This document shows, in pieces, positions 28,427 to 37,636 of a stretch of 64,000 nt of DNA. The position numbers and the translations under genes were made by a program. Source of the DNA: Thermoanaerobaculia bacterium (GTDB lineage: Bacteria; Acidobacteriota; Thermoanaerobaculia; Multivoradales; UBA5704). Under the pieces are notes generated by a model that did no database searches, was not told where the DNA came from, and saw nothing but the letters and a program-made list of their open reading frames with translations. The stretch lies in contig JBGAGQ010000012.1 of NCBI GenBank assembly GCA_044226625.1, positions 32,001 to 96,000 on the forward strand, read 5' to 3'. The first letter of the stretch is position 1. Each line of letters begins with the position of its first letter.

Positions 28427-29962
28427 ATGGAGCACGCTCAGACGGCTTCACGTTACGGAACGCTACTCTTCTTCCTCGCGGCCGTCTTCTTGCTCGCCGC
28501 CGCGGGTTTGAACAGCGCCATGGATTCGGCGGTCGACAAGCTGGATCGTCTCACTACTCGATACTCCGAAGCCGAGACCATGCTGGGTAAAGCCCGTTCA
28601 GCCAGGTTAAAAGGGGAAAACTTTTACTCGGCTGTGAGTCTCCAGATTCTCATTCAAGAGTGGTGGAGAAAGACGGACGAAAAGCTTCCTACGGATTACG
28701 GCGATAGTTTTGCAGATCGGCCGGTGAGCCTGCCAGGCTTCTCGCAGATGAAACTCACCGTAAATCCAGTGAGTGGTGACTATTGGACAAGGTTCTACCG
28801 ACAGAACGATCTTTACCGGGTCCCCCTGTTTCGGCAACTCGAAAAGGGGGCAGAAAGTTTCGGAAAGGAAGCAAAGAGGATCGATAGTCTTCCAGAGGCT
28901 CCGGAACAAAAGGCGCGGTTGCTGGATATCGCCCTGGTCCAGTCATTCCCGAGCAAGACGGCGCGCGAGATCTTGGCCGATGACTTCATGGACATTCTCG
29001 TCGAGAAGAAGAATGTCGATCGGAATATCAGATGCTGGATTGCACTGGACGATTGGCCCTGTCGGAGCGGCGGTACTGCTACGGGGGTTGGAGTCTCCTA
29101 TCTCCGGCGAGATGAACGATTTCTATGGGTTCAAGATTCTCGGGATCACATCTTCAACTCGCTGGGCATCGCAAAGAATCAGGACGAAGCCGAGGCGCTG
29201 CTGAAAGAAGAGTGGATCAGGGCCCATGACGCACTGCTCGAGTTCAAGATACCCATGACGCAGGTGAGCCTTCCGGGTAGCGGCTTGACTCTTTCGGTAG
29301 GCGACGTGCTCTTGCTCGCAGGCCCGCTCCTCATCTATTTCCAGATTCTTTTCCTGGTATCCAAGGAACGGATGGCGGTGTCCGGATCGGAAAAAGAGGC
29401 CTTCGTCTTTCCACAGTTCTCAGCACCGGACGATCCGCTGGTTTCGCTCAAGGGCACGAGGCTGGCAGGATTCAGCGAGAGAATCATCTGGTTACTCTTC
29501 TTGGTCGCGCCGATCGCGGTTCTAACGATCGCCGTGGTGACGCGGTACGATTTCATGAGTCTTTCAGCGTACAGCGGCCTTCCCTGGATCAAGAAGATCG
29601 AATACAGCAGGTCTTCCGACGGGTTTTCAGCTCTTCTCGACCTCATCAACCTCGGCTTTCTCGGCATCGCGTTGGTCGTCGCGATTCGGCTCACGACCCT
29701 TCACCGGTCAGCCAGTCGGTACATTTCGGATCGCAATTACCGATCCCTGACGGTTCTGTTGTTGAACCTCTTCACCGTCACTTTCCTCGCCGCTGGTTGG
29801 AGTCTTCTCGGTAGAGAAATTCCGGTGTGGGGGACCTATTTCCTCGCCTTCGCTGTTCTCTGGTTGGCGGGATTCCTCGTGGCTTTGGTTCGAGGTGCTT
29901 GGACGATGGCACTTCTTTCGGCTGGCGGATTCGCACTGGGGTTATCCATTCTCATTGGCTAG
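28427..29962 (+). CDS. Hypothetical multi-TM membrane protein (lower GC, likely acquired)
   Basis: Long ORF with an N-terminal TM, a soluble domain and several C-terminal TMs. GGAGAG RBS. Confidence 0.65.
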   Translation: MEHAQTASRYGTLLFFLAAVFLLAAAGLNSAMDSAVDKLDRLTTRYSEAETMLGKARSARLKGENFYSAVSLQILIQEWWRKTDEKLPTDYGDSFADRPVSLPGFSQMKLTVNPVSGDYWTRFYRQNDLYRVPLFRQLEKGAESFGKEAKRIDSLPEAPEQKARLLDIALVQSFPSKTAREILADDFMDILVEKKNVDRNIRCWIALDDWPCRSGGTATGVGVSYLRRDERFLWVQDSRDHIFNSLGIAKNQDEAEALLKEEWIRAHDALLEFKIPMTQVSLPGSGLTLSVGDVLLLAGPLLIYFQILFLVSKERMAVSGSEKEAFVFPQFSAPDDPLVSLKGTRLAGFSERIIWLLFLVAPIAVLTIAVVTRYDFMSLSAYSGLPWIKKIEYSRSSDGFSALLDLINLGFLGIALVVAIRLTTLHRSASRYISDRNYRSLTVLLLNLFTVTFLAAGWSLLGREIPVWGTYFLAFAVLWLAGFLVALVRGAWTMALLSAGGFALGLSILIG

Positions 29963-30161
29963 CCTGGAGCTGCGCGAGGAAGAGCGCGGCGGGCCCCCTC
30001 CGCCGGAGATCGAATCCGGCGTTCTCGCGCCGGAGTGTCTGGAAATGCTCCAGCGCCCGCGGAAGCGGAGCCTCTGACGCCCACCTTCCCCACGAACACC
30101 ATCGTGTTTATGCTCCGGAAAGGAGAAGACACGAGGGTGTTTCTCCAGGAGGGCGCTCAAC

Positions 30162-31455
30162 TTCTACTTTCCGCGACAGTTCGACGAGGTGTTGGCCGCT
30201 TGGGCTCGGGGGGCGGGCCGCAAGCCTCTGTTTCCTCGAGCTCAACCTGGAGCGATACGCGGACCTCTCCCTCGTGCGCTCCTGCCGTTCTGCGGACGAT
30301 CTTCTGAAAGCTCTCGCCGCGCGCCACAACGTGACGGCCTTCCCGGAGCGGACGCTCCTGTTCCTCGATGAGGTGCAGGAGAGCTCCGAGGCGATCCAGT
30401 GGCTGCGTTTCTTCCATGAGGACCATCCGGAAATCGCTGTGGTGGCGGCCGGCTCGCTCCTGGAAGTCCGATTGGAAGAGCGGGGATTCTCCTTCCCCGT
30501 GGGCAGGGTGACCTTCCGGACGCTGCGCCCTTTGAGCTTCCAGGAGTTTCTCAAGGCGTCCGGTAAGGACGTGCTCGCCGAGGGGATCCGCGTGGGGGAG
30601 GTCCCCGGCTCCGAGACCGCGGTGCCGCTCCATACCCAAGCGCTCTCCCTGCTCCGGGACTACCTGCTGGCCGGGGGCATGCCCGAGGCGGTCCGGACGT
30701 GGGTCGAATCGGGCAGCCCGGCCGCCGTCCGGCAGGTCCAGTCGGATCTGATTCAGGCGTTCGCGGAGGACATCCAGAAATACCGGAGCGGCGTCTCGGC
30801 ATCCGACCTCGAGGCCGCGTTCGACAATCTGCCGCACCATTACGGTCTGCGATTCCGCTACGAGAACTTCGCCCCGGGCTTCAAATCGCAGCGGATGAAG
30901 GACGCCCTCGGCAAGCTCGAAGCGGCGCTGCTGATCGCGCGCGTATGGCCCACGCACTCGGTCCAACTGCCGCTCGCCGTCCGGGCCAGATCCGCGCCGA
31001 AACTCCTGCCGCTCGACGTCGGTCTCGCGCTCCATACCCTCGGCACGGGATACCAGGCGCTCGCGTCCGAGCCCCTGGAGCGCCTGTTGGACGGCCGGCT
31101 CGCCGAGATCTTCGTCGGCCAACAGCTTCTCGCCTCTCGATCGGCCGCCGCCGAGCCGCTGTTCTTCTGGGTGAGCGAATCCGCGCGAGCCAACGCCGAG
31201 ACCGACTATCTGTTACCCGGCGCGGGCTATCCCGTACCCGTCGAGGTCAAGGCGGGGGCTGCCGGATCGCTCAAGTCGCTCCACCAGTTCCTCTTCCGGG
31301 CGGGCTGCGAGCTCGGGATCCGCCTGCACGCGGGGACCTACGGCGATGAGCGCCTCAAGGTAAAGATGCCGGAGGGGGAACTGGCGTACCGCCTGATCTC
31401 GCTCCCGATCTATCTGGCGGAAGAGGTGGCGGCTTGGTTGAGTCGGAGAGAATAG
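30162..31455 (+). pseudogene. AAA_14 + DUF4143 ATP-binding protein with Walker A deleted/frameshifted
   Basis: N-terminal LAAWARGAGRKPL in one frame joins directly to FLELNLER in another frame, and the GxRQxGK[ST] segment is absent. The rest is intact (LFLDEVQ, AAGSLL, GGMPEAV, PVEVKAG). Confidence 0.75.
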
Positions 31456-31492
31456 CTAGCGTTCCGCGAGGAACAGTCGCCAGGAGTCCTTC

Positions 31493-31975
31493 GTGACCGA
31501 CCCATTCCAGAACGTAGCCGACGAAGAACGGCGACTGGTTGAGAAGCTGGCCAAGATCGAAGCGCTGTTCGCCCGCGGCGCGACGGCGGGCGAGCGCGCC
31601 GCGGCGGAAAGCGCCAGAGAACGGATTCGCGCGCGCCTTCTGACTTTGGAGAAGATCGAGCGGCCGGTCGAGTACCGGTTCACCCTGGCCGACGGCTGGT
31701 CCCGACGGTTGTTCACCGCCCTTCTTCGTCGCTACGGGCTACGTCCTTTCCGCTATCGACGGCAACGCCACACGACCGTGATGGTCCGGGTGACGGCGAA
31801 ATTTGTCGACGAGGTTCTGTGGCCCGAGTTCCAGCAGCTCGACGCCACCCTCCGAGCTCACCTGCAGGCTGTGACGGATCGCATCGTGACCGTGGCGATC
31901 CACGGCGAGACGGCTGAGGCGGAGGAGCGTGCGGGGGAACCCTCACCGTCCGACGGGCAGCGGTCGCTCGGATAG
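31493..31975 (+). CDS. Conserved hypothetical protein
   Basis: KLAKIEALFARGATAGERAAA helical N-terminus and RRYGLRPFRYRRQR. AGGAG RBS. Confidence 0.7.
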   Translation: MTDPFQNVADEERRLVEKLAKIEALFARGATAGERAAAESARERIRARLLTLEKIERPVEYRFTLADGWSRRLFTALLRRYGLRPFRYRRQRHTTVMVRVTAKFVDEVLWPEFQQLDATLRAHLQAVTDRIVTVAIHGETAEAEERAGEPSPSDGQRSLG

Positions 31976-32075
31976 CCAACCTTCCGGGGGCGGAACCGGC
32001 GCGGCTTCCGGTGTGTGCTCTCTCGGCCACCCGGTGTCGCAACTCTCCTATCCGCGCCATGGTATGGTCTCTGCC

Positions 32076-32342
32076 ATGAAAAGCGCCATTCAGGCGACCA
32101 TGGACTCTGCCGGCCGACTCGTACTGCCGAAGGCGATCCGTGAAGAAGCCGGAGTCCTGCCGGGAGTCGTTCTTCACCTTCGAGTCCACGAGGGCAAGAT
32201 CGAGATCGAACCTGCGCCCCGAGAAGTGAAGATCGTCCAAAAAGGACCCCTGCGGATCGCCGAATCGGTCGGCGATGGGCCAAAGCTCGGACAGGAGACA
32301 GTCGACCAGGTTCTCGGAGAAATCCGTGGAAGCGGGCGGTAG
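32076..32342 (+). CDS. vapB: AbrB/MazE-type antitoxin
   Basis: MDSAGRLVLPKAIREEAG swapped-hairpin signature. Overlaps the PIN gene. Confidence 0.85.
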   Translation: MKSAIQATMDSAGRLVLPKAIREEAGVLPGVVLHLRVHEGKIEIEPAPREVKIVQKGPLRIAESVGDGPKLGQETVDQVLGEIRGSGR

Positions 32343-32802
32343 CGAGGGGCTTGAGGCGACCGCTCTCGATGCGAGCGTAATCGTCGCCGGACTGCTCTCC
32401 TGGCACCAGCGTCACGAAGCTGCCGTCGCGGCACTCATGGAGCTGCTTGAACGCGATGCACGTCTCGTGCTCCCCGTCTACTCTCTGGTCGAAGCCTACG
32501 CCGTGATGACTCGCCTTCCGCCGCCTCATCGGTTGAGCCCGAAGAACGCTTTCGAAATCCTCTCGGGCTCGCTGCGGGGCCGGTGCACCCTCGTGAGCGT
32601 GGAGAGCGCCGAGGCCTGGGCGCTGATCGGCGACTTGAGCGAGCGATCCGTCGCGGGAGGAATGACCTACGATGCTCTGATCACAGCCGCCGCCCGCAGA
32701 GGCGGCGCGAGTCGAATTTTGACCTTGAACCGTAACCACTTCGAAAGGGTCAAGGCTAAGGGTCTCAGGATTTCCGTCCCGGGCGAGGACGAGACGTCCT
32801 AA
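32326..32802 (+). CDS. vapC: PIN-domain toxin
   Basis: LDASVIV, EAYAVMTR, YDALI and LTLNRNHF. Confidence 0.87.
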   Translation: MEAGGSEGLEATALDASVIVAGLLSWHQRHEAAVAALMELLERDARLVLPVYSLVEAYAVMTRLPPPHRLSPKNAFEILSGSLRGRCTLVSVESAEAWALIGDLSERSVAGGMTYDALITAAARRGGASRILTLNRNHFERVKAKGLRISVPGEDETS

Positions 32803-32848
32803 CCCTCAGGCGCTCCGAGTGCGGAGCGGTGATCTCCGGTGCCTTTGT

Positions 32849-33538
32849 CTACTGCGATTTAACCGTCGACGGCTCGGGGAGAGCGCGGTCTCCCTCGGGC
32901 CGGTCCTCCGCCGGCCGGGCGGGCGGCCGGGGGGGCAGTTGCAGCGGCTCACCCAGAGCGCTCTCCATCAGGGTGAGCACGCGCTGGTCGATCATCGCGG
33001 TGATGCGGCCGAGGCGGTTCCAGATCGCGCGGGATTGCTCGTCGCGCTCCGCTTCGGTTTCTTCCGGCACCTCGGGGACGTCGAGGTCGCTCAGAAGGTC
33101 GAGCATTCCTTCGCCGAGAGGCTTCTTGATCCGTGGCTTGTCGAGCTTCGGAAACAGCACGGCGAAGAAGTCCTCATACGGGACGTCGATCGCGTCGAGG
33201 ATCGCGAGCACCTCGTTGAGCGGAAGCCCCTCGCGCTTGAAGAGAAGGTGCGCGGTGAATCCCCGGTTCTTGTGGATCATCCGGTCCACTTCGCGCCATC
33301 CATAGCCGGCGGTTCGGATCAGACGCTCCAGCAGCTTGCGCGTCCGAGCGATCACCGCCTCGGCTTCCGGTCCCGGGGTGGCGGCCGGTTCGGGGGTCGT
33401 CCGACTCTCCGTACCTTTCCGGGGGCGGCCTTTGGCGCGAGGTTTCTTCGCGTTCGCTTCGGTCGCATCGGCGACGGTCGAGGCGGGCGCGGGTGCGGAC
33501 TCAGTCGGCCCTGGGCGGTCGCTCATGGGCTTGAGCAT
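32849..33538 (-). CDS. Putative XRE-like HTH DNA-binding protein
   Basis: LIRTAGYGWREVDRMIHKNRGFTAHLLFK...LNEVLAILDAIDVPYEDFF resembles an HTH_3 helical pattern, with low-complexity termini. Confidence 0.55.
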   Translation of the reverse strand: MLKPMSDRPGPTESAPAPASTVADATEANAKKPRAKGRPRKGTESRTTPEPAATPGPEAEAVIARTRKLLERLIRTAGYGWREVDRMIHKNRGFTAHLLFKREGLPLNEVLAILDAIDVPYEDFFAVLFPKLDKPRIKKPLGEGMLDLLSDLDVPEVPEETEAERDEQSRAIWNRLGRITAMIDQRVLTLMESALGEPLQLPPRPPARPAEDRPEGDRALPEPSTVKSQ

Positions 33539-33575
33539 ACTGCATTCTCGGGAAGGCGCAGAATGGTTCGGCAGG

Positions 33576-33613
33576 AAAAAGGGGCGGCCCGCGCCGTGCG
33601 GACCGCCCCAAAA
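33576..33613 (-). terminator. Rho-independent terminator downstream of the 145-aa gene
   Basis: GGGGCGG...CCGCCCC stem with an adjacent A5 run, read as U5 on the minus strand. Confidence 0.7.
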
Positions 33614-33653
33614 CGAAAGCCAGCCATTCGCCTGCGCAGGTGCCGATTCCTGC

Positions 33654-34091
33654 TCAGGCGTTACCCTGCTCCGCCGCCATTTCCTGCAAGATGGCCGCGC
33701 GGATCGCGTCCTTCTCCTTCTGCTTCTGTTCCTGCTCCTTGAGCTTCTGCTCCTCGGGCTTCCGTTTGCCTCGGCGGCTGTTCACCTCCGGGTTCATGCC
33801 GTACGTCACCAGGACGGGATTGTTGAATCCGACGTGGGCGCCGACCAGCGCCGAGAGCCGGCGATGGACCGCCCCTCCCCGCACCGCGAGATCGCGGCGC
33901 GTCTTGACCGCCACTCGCAGGTTGCCCCGCTGCGCCTCCACCGTGGCATGCGCCGGCCGGAGCTCGAGAAGGATCGTCTTCAAATCCAGGAACAGCTCGC
34001 TGGTTCCCGGGTACTTCGCAAGGTCGGGCTCGAGGTTGTCGAGCGTCGTCTGGTAGGTGTCGATGCGGTCGGAGTACGAACTGGATTTCAT
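33654..34091 (-). CDS. Hypothetical helical protein (145 aa)
   Basis: Clean ORF with an AAGGAAG RBS and its own terminator. Helical pattern ending ...HVGFNNPVLVTYGMNP plus a basic tail. Confidence 0.75.
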   Translation of the reverse strand: MKSSSYSDRIDTYQTTLDNLEPDLAKYPGTSELFLDLKTILLELRPAHATVEAQRGNLRVAVKTRRDLAVRGGAVHRRLSALVGAHVGFNNPVLVTYGMNPEVNSRRGKRKPEEQKLKEQEQKQKEKDAIRAAILQEMAAEQGNA

Positions 34092-34270
34092 GGTCTAATC
34101 TTCCTTGTCGTGTTAGGTAAAGTCCGGGCTCGGTGCCAGCCGGCCCGGACGAGTTTTCAGCGTTTCAGGCCCGCAAAGGCCTTCCCGCCGATTCCTACGA
34201 GCAGCGTTCCCAGAAAGCGAGTTTCGGGGTCCGAGAGCGACTCTCGGCGCCCGCCGCCCCGTTTTCGGGA

Positions 34271-34510
34271 CGGGAAGTGATTTCCTGGCTTGGGAAGTGA
34301 CTTCCTGGTCTGGCGAATGACTTCCTGGTCTGGGAAGTGACTCTCTGGCTTGGGAAGTGATTTCCTGGCTTGGGAAGTGACTTCCTGGTCTGGCGAATGA
34401 CTTCCTGGTCTGGGAAGTGACTCTCTGGCTTGGGAAATGACTTCCCGGCTTGGGAAGCGACCTCCTGTCCTGGAAAGTGACTTCCTGACCTGGGAAGTGA
34501 CTTCCTGGAC
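34271..34510. repeat. Tandem array of 12 x 20-bp units with palindromic core GGAAGT-G-ACTTCC
   Basis: Units start every 20 bp from 34271 with consensus TGGGAAGTGACTTCCTGGYY. Units 1-4 recur as units 5-8 (80-bp higher-order repeat). Confidence 0.95.
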
Positions 34511-34570
34511 CAGAGAGCGCCGTTCGGGAAGAGAACGCCGCTTGCGGAGCCGGCCGAACCGTAGCGCTCG

Positions 34571-34927
34571 TCATACCGGCGTACCGGCGGCCGCTTTCGT
34601 CCAGCGCGAGGCGCTGAGCGCTTTGGCGACCGAAAGATCGGCTTCCGTCACGCCCCGGGCGCCGCCCAGCTGGACGACGACCAGGTTGTCCCGAACGGCG
34701 ATCATCACGGGCGTCTTCTCGTCGCGGCAGGTCTCCACCACGAACGGCACGAAACGATCCGCCTCTTTGGCCGAGCTCAGGCGGAAGCTGCACTCGACCC
34801 GCTGCCGCGGCGGCCCCAGGGACCATCCGGGCAGCGAGAGCAACGCGATTTGGATTCGCTCGGACTTGAGCCGGGACGGCGGCTGCGATTTCGTTCCGAA
34901 GGGAGGGGTAGCGGACTTCTGAGTCAT
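34571..34927 (-). CDS. Degenerate pterin-4-alpha-carbinolamine dehydratase (PCD/DCoH)-like protein
   Basis: L...I...L..LPGW...F.L......F...GVTEADLSVAKAL fold pattern, but the catalytic HHP motif is absent. AAAGGAG RBS. Confidence 0.6.
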   Translation of the reverse strand: MTQKSATPPFGTKSQPPSRLKSERIQIALLSLPGWSLGPPRQRVECSFRLSSAKEADRFVPFVVETCRDEKTPVMIAVRDNLVVVQLGGARGVTEADLSVAKALSASRWTKAAAGTPV

Positions 34928-35620
34928 GGGTGCTGCTCCTTTTCCACATTGGCGCGTCGGCGGAATGCCGGCGAACCTCACACGCGCACGGAGCGGCTCG
35001 GGGGTTCCGTTTCCAGCTCTGTTGCGCGCGCTTCCGGTGGGCATTCTGCGCATTCAATCTGTTCTGTCAAGAGCAGATTCGTCGGCGTCGACAGAATTTC
35101 CGCTCTCCGTGCAAGTTAAATCCGGAGGGAAGAGTCTCTGCGGATTGAGTTTGCTCGCGGTCCGCTTCGGCCCTCAGGAAGGCCTCTCGGTTCGCTGAAT
35201 CCAACCCAAATTCGCGGAATCGAGCATTCCGGGGCGGAGCGGCGCCTCGCCGGAGGGTGCCTCCCGCCGTTTCAAAACGCTCTCAAGCCGCCGCCGGCGG
35301 ACTCACTTACCCGGGTAGATCCTTGATTCCGCCGAGAGGTCCGTGCGGGGGTGCGTTCAGCGGATGCGCTGCCGACCAAGAGAAGCGAACGCAAAACGAG
35401 TCGGTATTCACCAGATCGAGAATAAGATGTCGAAATCAGTAATTCGAGCGGCGACCTGGGGAACCCCGAATTCTCTGCGAGGGGACACCTCAACGACCCC
35501 CACTCGCCGCACGGAACTCGCGATAATCGCGAACCAACTCGTGACGCATCCGCGTTGCCACCGCGGGCTCCGGGGCCAATTCCGACTCCGCGACGGCCCG
35601 CGGGCCAGGGAGATTCCTCC

Positions 35621-35953
35621 ATGTCGGCATCACTGCGAAACACCCCGAATCCCGCGCCGCACTCCCCCTCGAAAAAGTTGAGCAAAGCGACAACAGGCGG
35701 CCGCCGCCGTGCGGCCGCCGCCGCCGTGACCCTGCTTCTCGCCACGGTACCCGCTGCCGCCGCACCAGGCCGGTCGGAGAGCTCCTCGGAAACTTTGCAC
35801 GCGGCGGTTGCCCGACTCTGGGAGCGGATCGCCGCTGCGCCGAGCGTGTTCGCGGGGCTTTGGGAGGAAGTTGGGGCGGCGATCGACCCCCACGGAACAC
35901 CGAGTTCCGATCCTCCGCCGACTTTTGGAGCGGCTATCGATCCTCACGGATAG
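35621..35953 (+). CDS. Small secreted protein with duplicated C-terminal GAAIDPHG motif
   Basis: GGGAG RBS. RRR followed by a hydrophobic stretch ending PAAAA. GAAIDPHG occurs twice, the second copy at the extreme C-terminus. Confidence 0.7.
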   Translation: MSASLRNTPNPAPHSPSKKLSKATTGGRRRAAAAAVTLLLATVPAAAAPGRSESSSETLHAAVARLWERIAAAPSVFAGLWEEVGAAIDPHGTPSSDPPPTFGAAIDPHG

Positions 35954-36128
35954 ACGACTACCCCGTGGCCCTGCTTTGCAGGCGGCGATGTTCGTCGCCG
36001 CCTGCTTGAGGCGAGGAGTCCGAAATTGCGAAGCTCGCGCTGATCGTATTCCCCAGCTCGTGCCTTGTGCGAAAATACGCCCAGCCCCGAAAATCTCGGA
36101 AGCAATCCTTCCAGCGGTGCGAGGAAGC

Positions 36129-37469
36129 ATGGCCGAACACCCCGACTTGACGGAATCTGAGCTGGCCGCCTTGCGCAGGGGGGAGCTCCCTCCAGGCCCG
36201 CGCGGTCTCTTGATCGCCATCCACCTTCGCGGCGAGTGTTCGGTCTGCCTCAAGCGATGGGGCCACCGGCTCGCTCCGGTCTTGAGTCCCTGGTGGGAAG
36301 GAGATGAGTCACCAGAGAGCAGCGACTACATGGACGTCCGTTTCGACTTCGCGGTCCGGAGCGCACTCAAGAAGGTCCAAAAGCGAGAGCCGGAGATCGC
36401 AGCCGCGCTTGCCCAAGCGTCGCAGGAGGTGGACGGAACGGCCGTCCTGTCGCATGGCCGACTTCCTCGCGGCACGGCCGAGCTTCAGTGGGCCCGCGCA
36501 CAGAAATGGCTCGCCGAGGCACGGTCGAATCGGCGCCAGGCGCCGGAGGAGTACCAGGTCATCGCAGGCCTAGCCGCCGCCTACGCGCATCGCTTGAACG
36601 AGGAAGATCACGCGCCAGGGGACGTAGCCGATCTTCAAGCGCTCACGCTGGCCGAAGCAGCGAACGGCCATCGCCGCGCCCGCCGATTCCCTCAGGCCGA
36701 GGCGCTCTTTGCCCAGGCGATGGAGAAGATCCGGGAGGGAACCCAGCTCCGGTCGTTCGCCTTGGCGATCGCTAGTCAATCGGCAAGCTTGTTGATGGAC
36801 CAGCGAAATTTGAACAGCGCGGTGCTCCTGCTGCGCCGTACTTTCAAGGGGTACGAATCGCTCGGTCTTCGGCAGGAAGCTGGCGAAGAGGCTTTGGTGT
36901 TGGGGTGCGCCTACCACTACATGGGCCGTAGTGAGCTCGCGCTCGAAGCGTTCCTCCAGGCGCTCGAGCGGCTGGACGGTGCCCGCGATCCGCAGTTGGC
37001 GGTCGCGGTGATCACCAACATCCTCCTCGCCTACCTCGACCTGGAGCAGTGCTCGGCCGCTCAGCGACTTTTCCCCAAGGCCGCCGAAATGCACCGGCGG
37101 TTCGGAACCGCGCTAGATCGCCTCAAGCTCGACTGGCTGGGCGCGAAACTTCTGGCTGGCGAAGGGCGCCTGGTGGAAGCCGGCCGCGCCTACGAAGACC
37201 TCATCGCCGACTTCGAGCGCCAGGGCCAATACGCCGAATCCGCGGTCGTCCGCCTCGAGCTAGCCGGGCTCTACCTCCAGCGCCAACGCTTCGACCGCGC
37301 CCAGATCGTGCTCGAAGACGTACGCGAAGTGTTCCAGTCGATCGGCATCCACCGCGAAGCCTTCGCCGCCCTCCTGCTGCTCAAACAGGCCGTCGTCGGA
37401 GAATGCGCCACGATGGAGATGGTGCGGAAGGTGGTCGCGGCGATGGAGGTGGGGGGGAAGGGGCGGTAG
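36129..37469 (+). CDS. TPR-repeat protein with N-terminal zf-HC2-like motif
   Basis: HLRGECSVC in the N-terminus, followed by TPR-like helices (LGCAYHYMGRSELALEAF; LAGLYLQRQRFDRA). GAGGA RBS. Confidence 0.75.
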   Translation: MAEHPDLTESELAALRRGELPPGPRGLLIAIHLRGECSVCLKRWGHRLAPVLSPWWEGDESPESSDYMDVRFDFAVRSALKKVQKREPEIAAALAQASQEVDGTAVLSHGRLPRGTAELQWARAQKWLAEARSNRRQAPEEYQVIAGLAAAYAHRLNEEDHAPGDVADLQALTLAEAANGHRRARRFPQAEALFAQAMEKIREGTQLRSFALAIASQSASLLMDQRNLNSAVLLLRRTFKGYESLGLRQEAGEEALVLGCAYHYMGRSELALEAFLQALERLDGARDPQLAVAVITNILLAYLDLEQCSAAQRLFPKAAEMHRRFGTALDRLKLDWLGAKLLAGEGRLVEAGRAYEDLIADFERQGQYAESAVVRLELAGLYLQRQRFDRAQIVLEDVREVFQSIGIHREAFAALLLLKQAVVGECATMEMVRKVVAAMEVGGKGR

Positions 37470-37636
37470 ACCCTGAACGCCGCAGAGAGATCGCGGCAAC
37501 GCTAACGAGAGGTTGAAATCGTGCCTAATCTGCTGCGCGAGATTCGCGCGGCTTCTGTCTGATAGAGCACGGGCGGAGGATTTTGGCGTACAATTATTCA
37601 TCTCCCATCTAAAAGCCCGCCCGGGGGCAAGCTCTA

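Noticed and set aside
34311-34325. Sigma-54 promoter-like TGGC-N7-TTCC within array units 3 and 7
   Set aside because: The essential -12 GC is replaced by CC, and these are simply unit variants.
34271-34510. CRISPR array interpretation of the 20-bp repeats
   Set aside because: Units are contiguous with no unique spacers, and no cas genes are in the window.
34113-35057. 314-aa minus-strand ORF spanning the array
   Set aside because: It overlaps the PCD-like gene in another frame. Its repeats (PGSHFP/QEVTSQ/RKSLP) are just the three frames of a 20-bp unit that has no stop on that strand.
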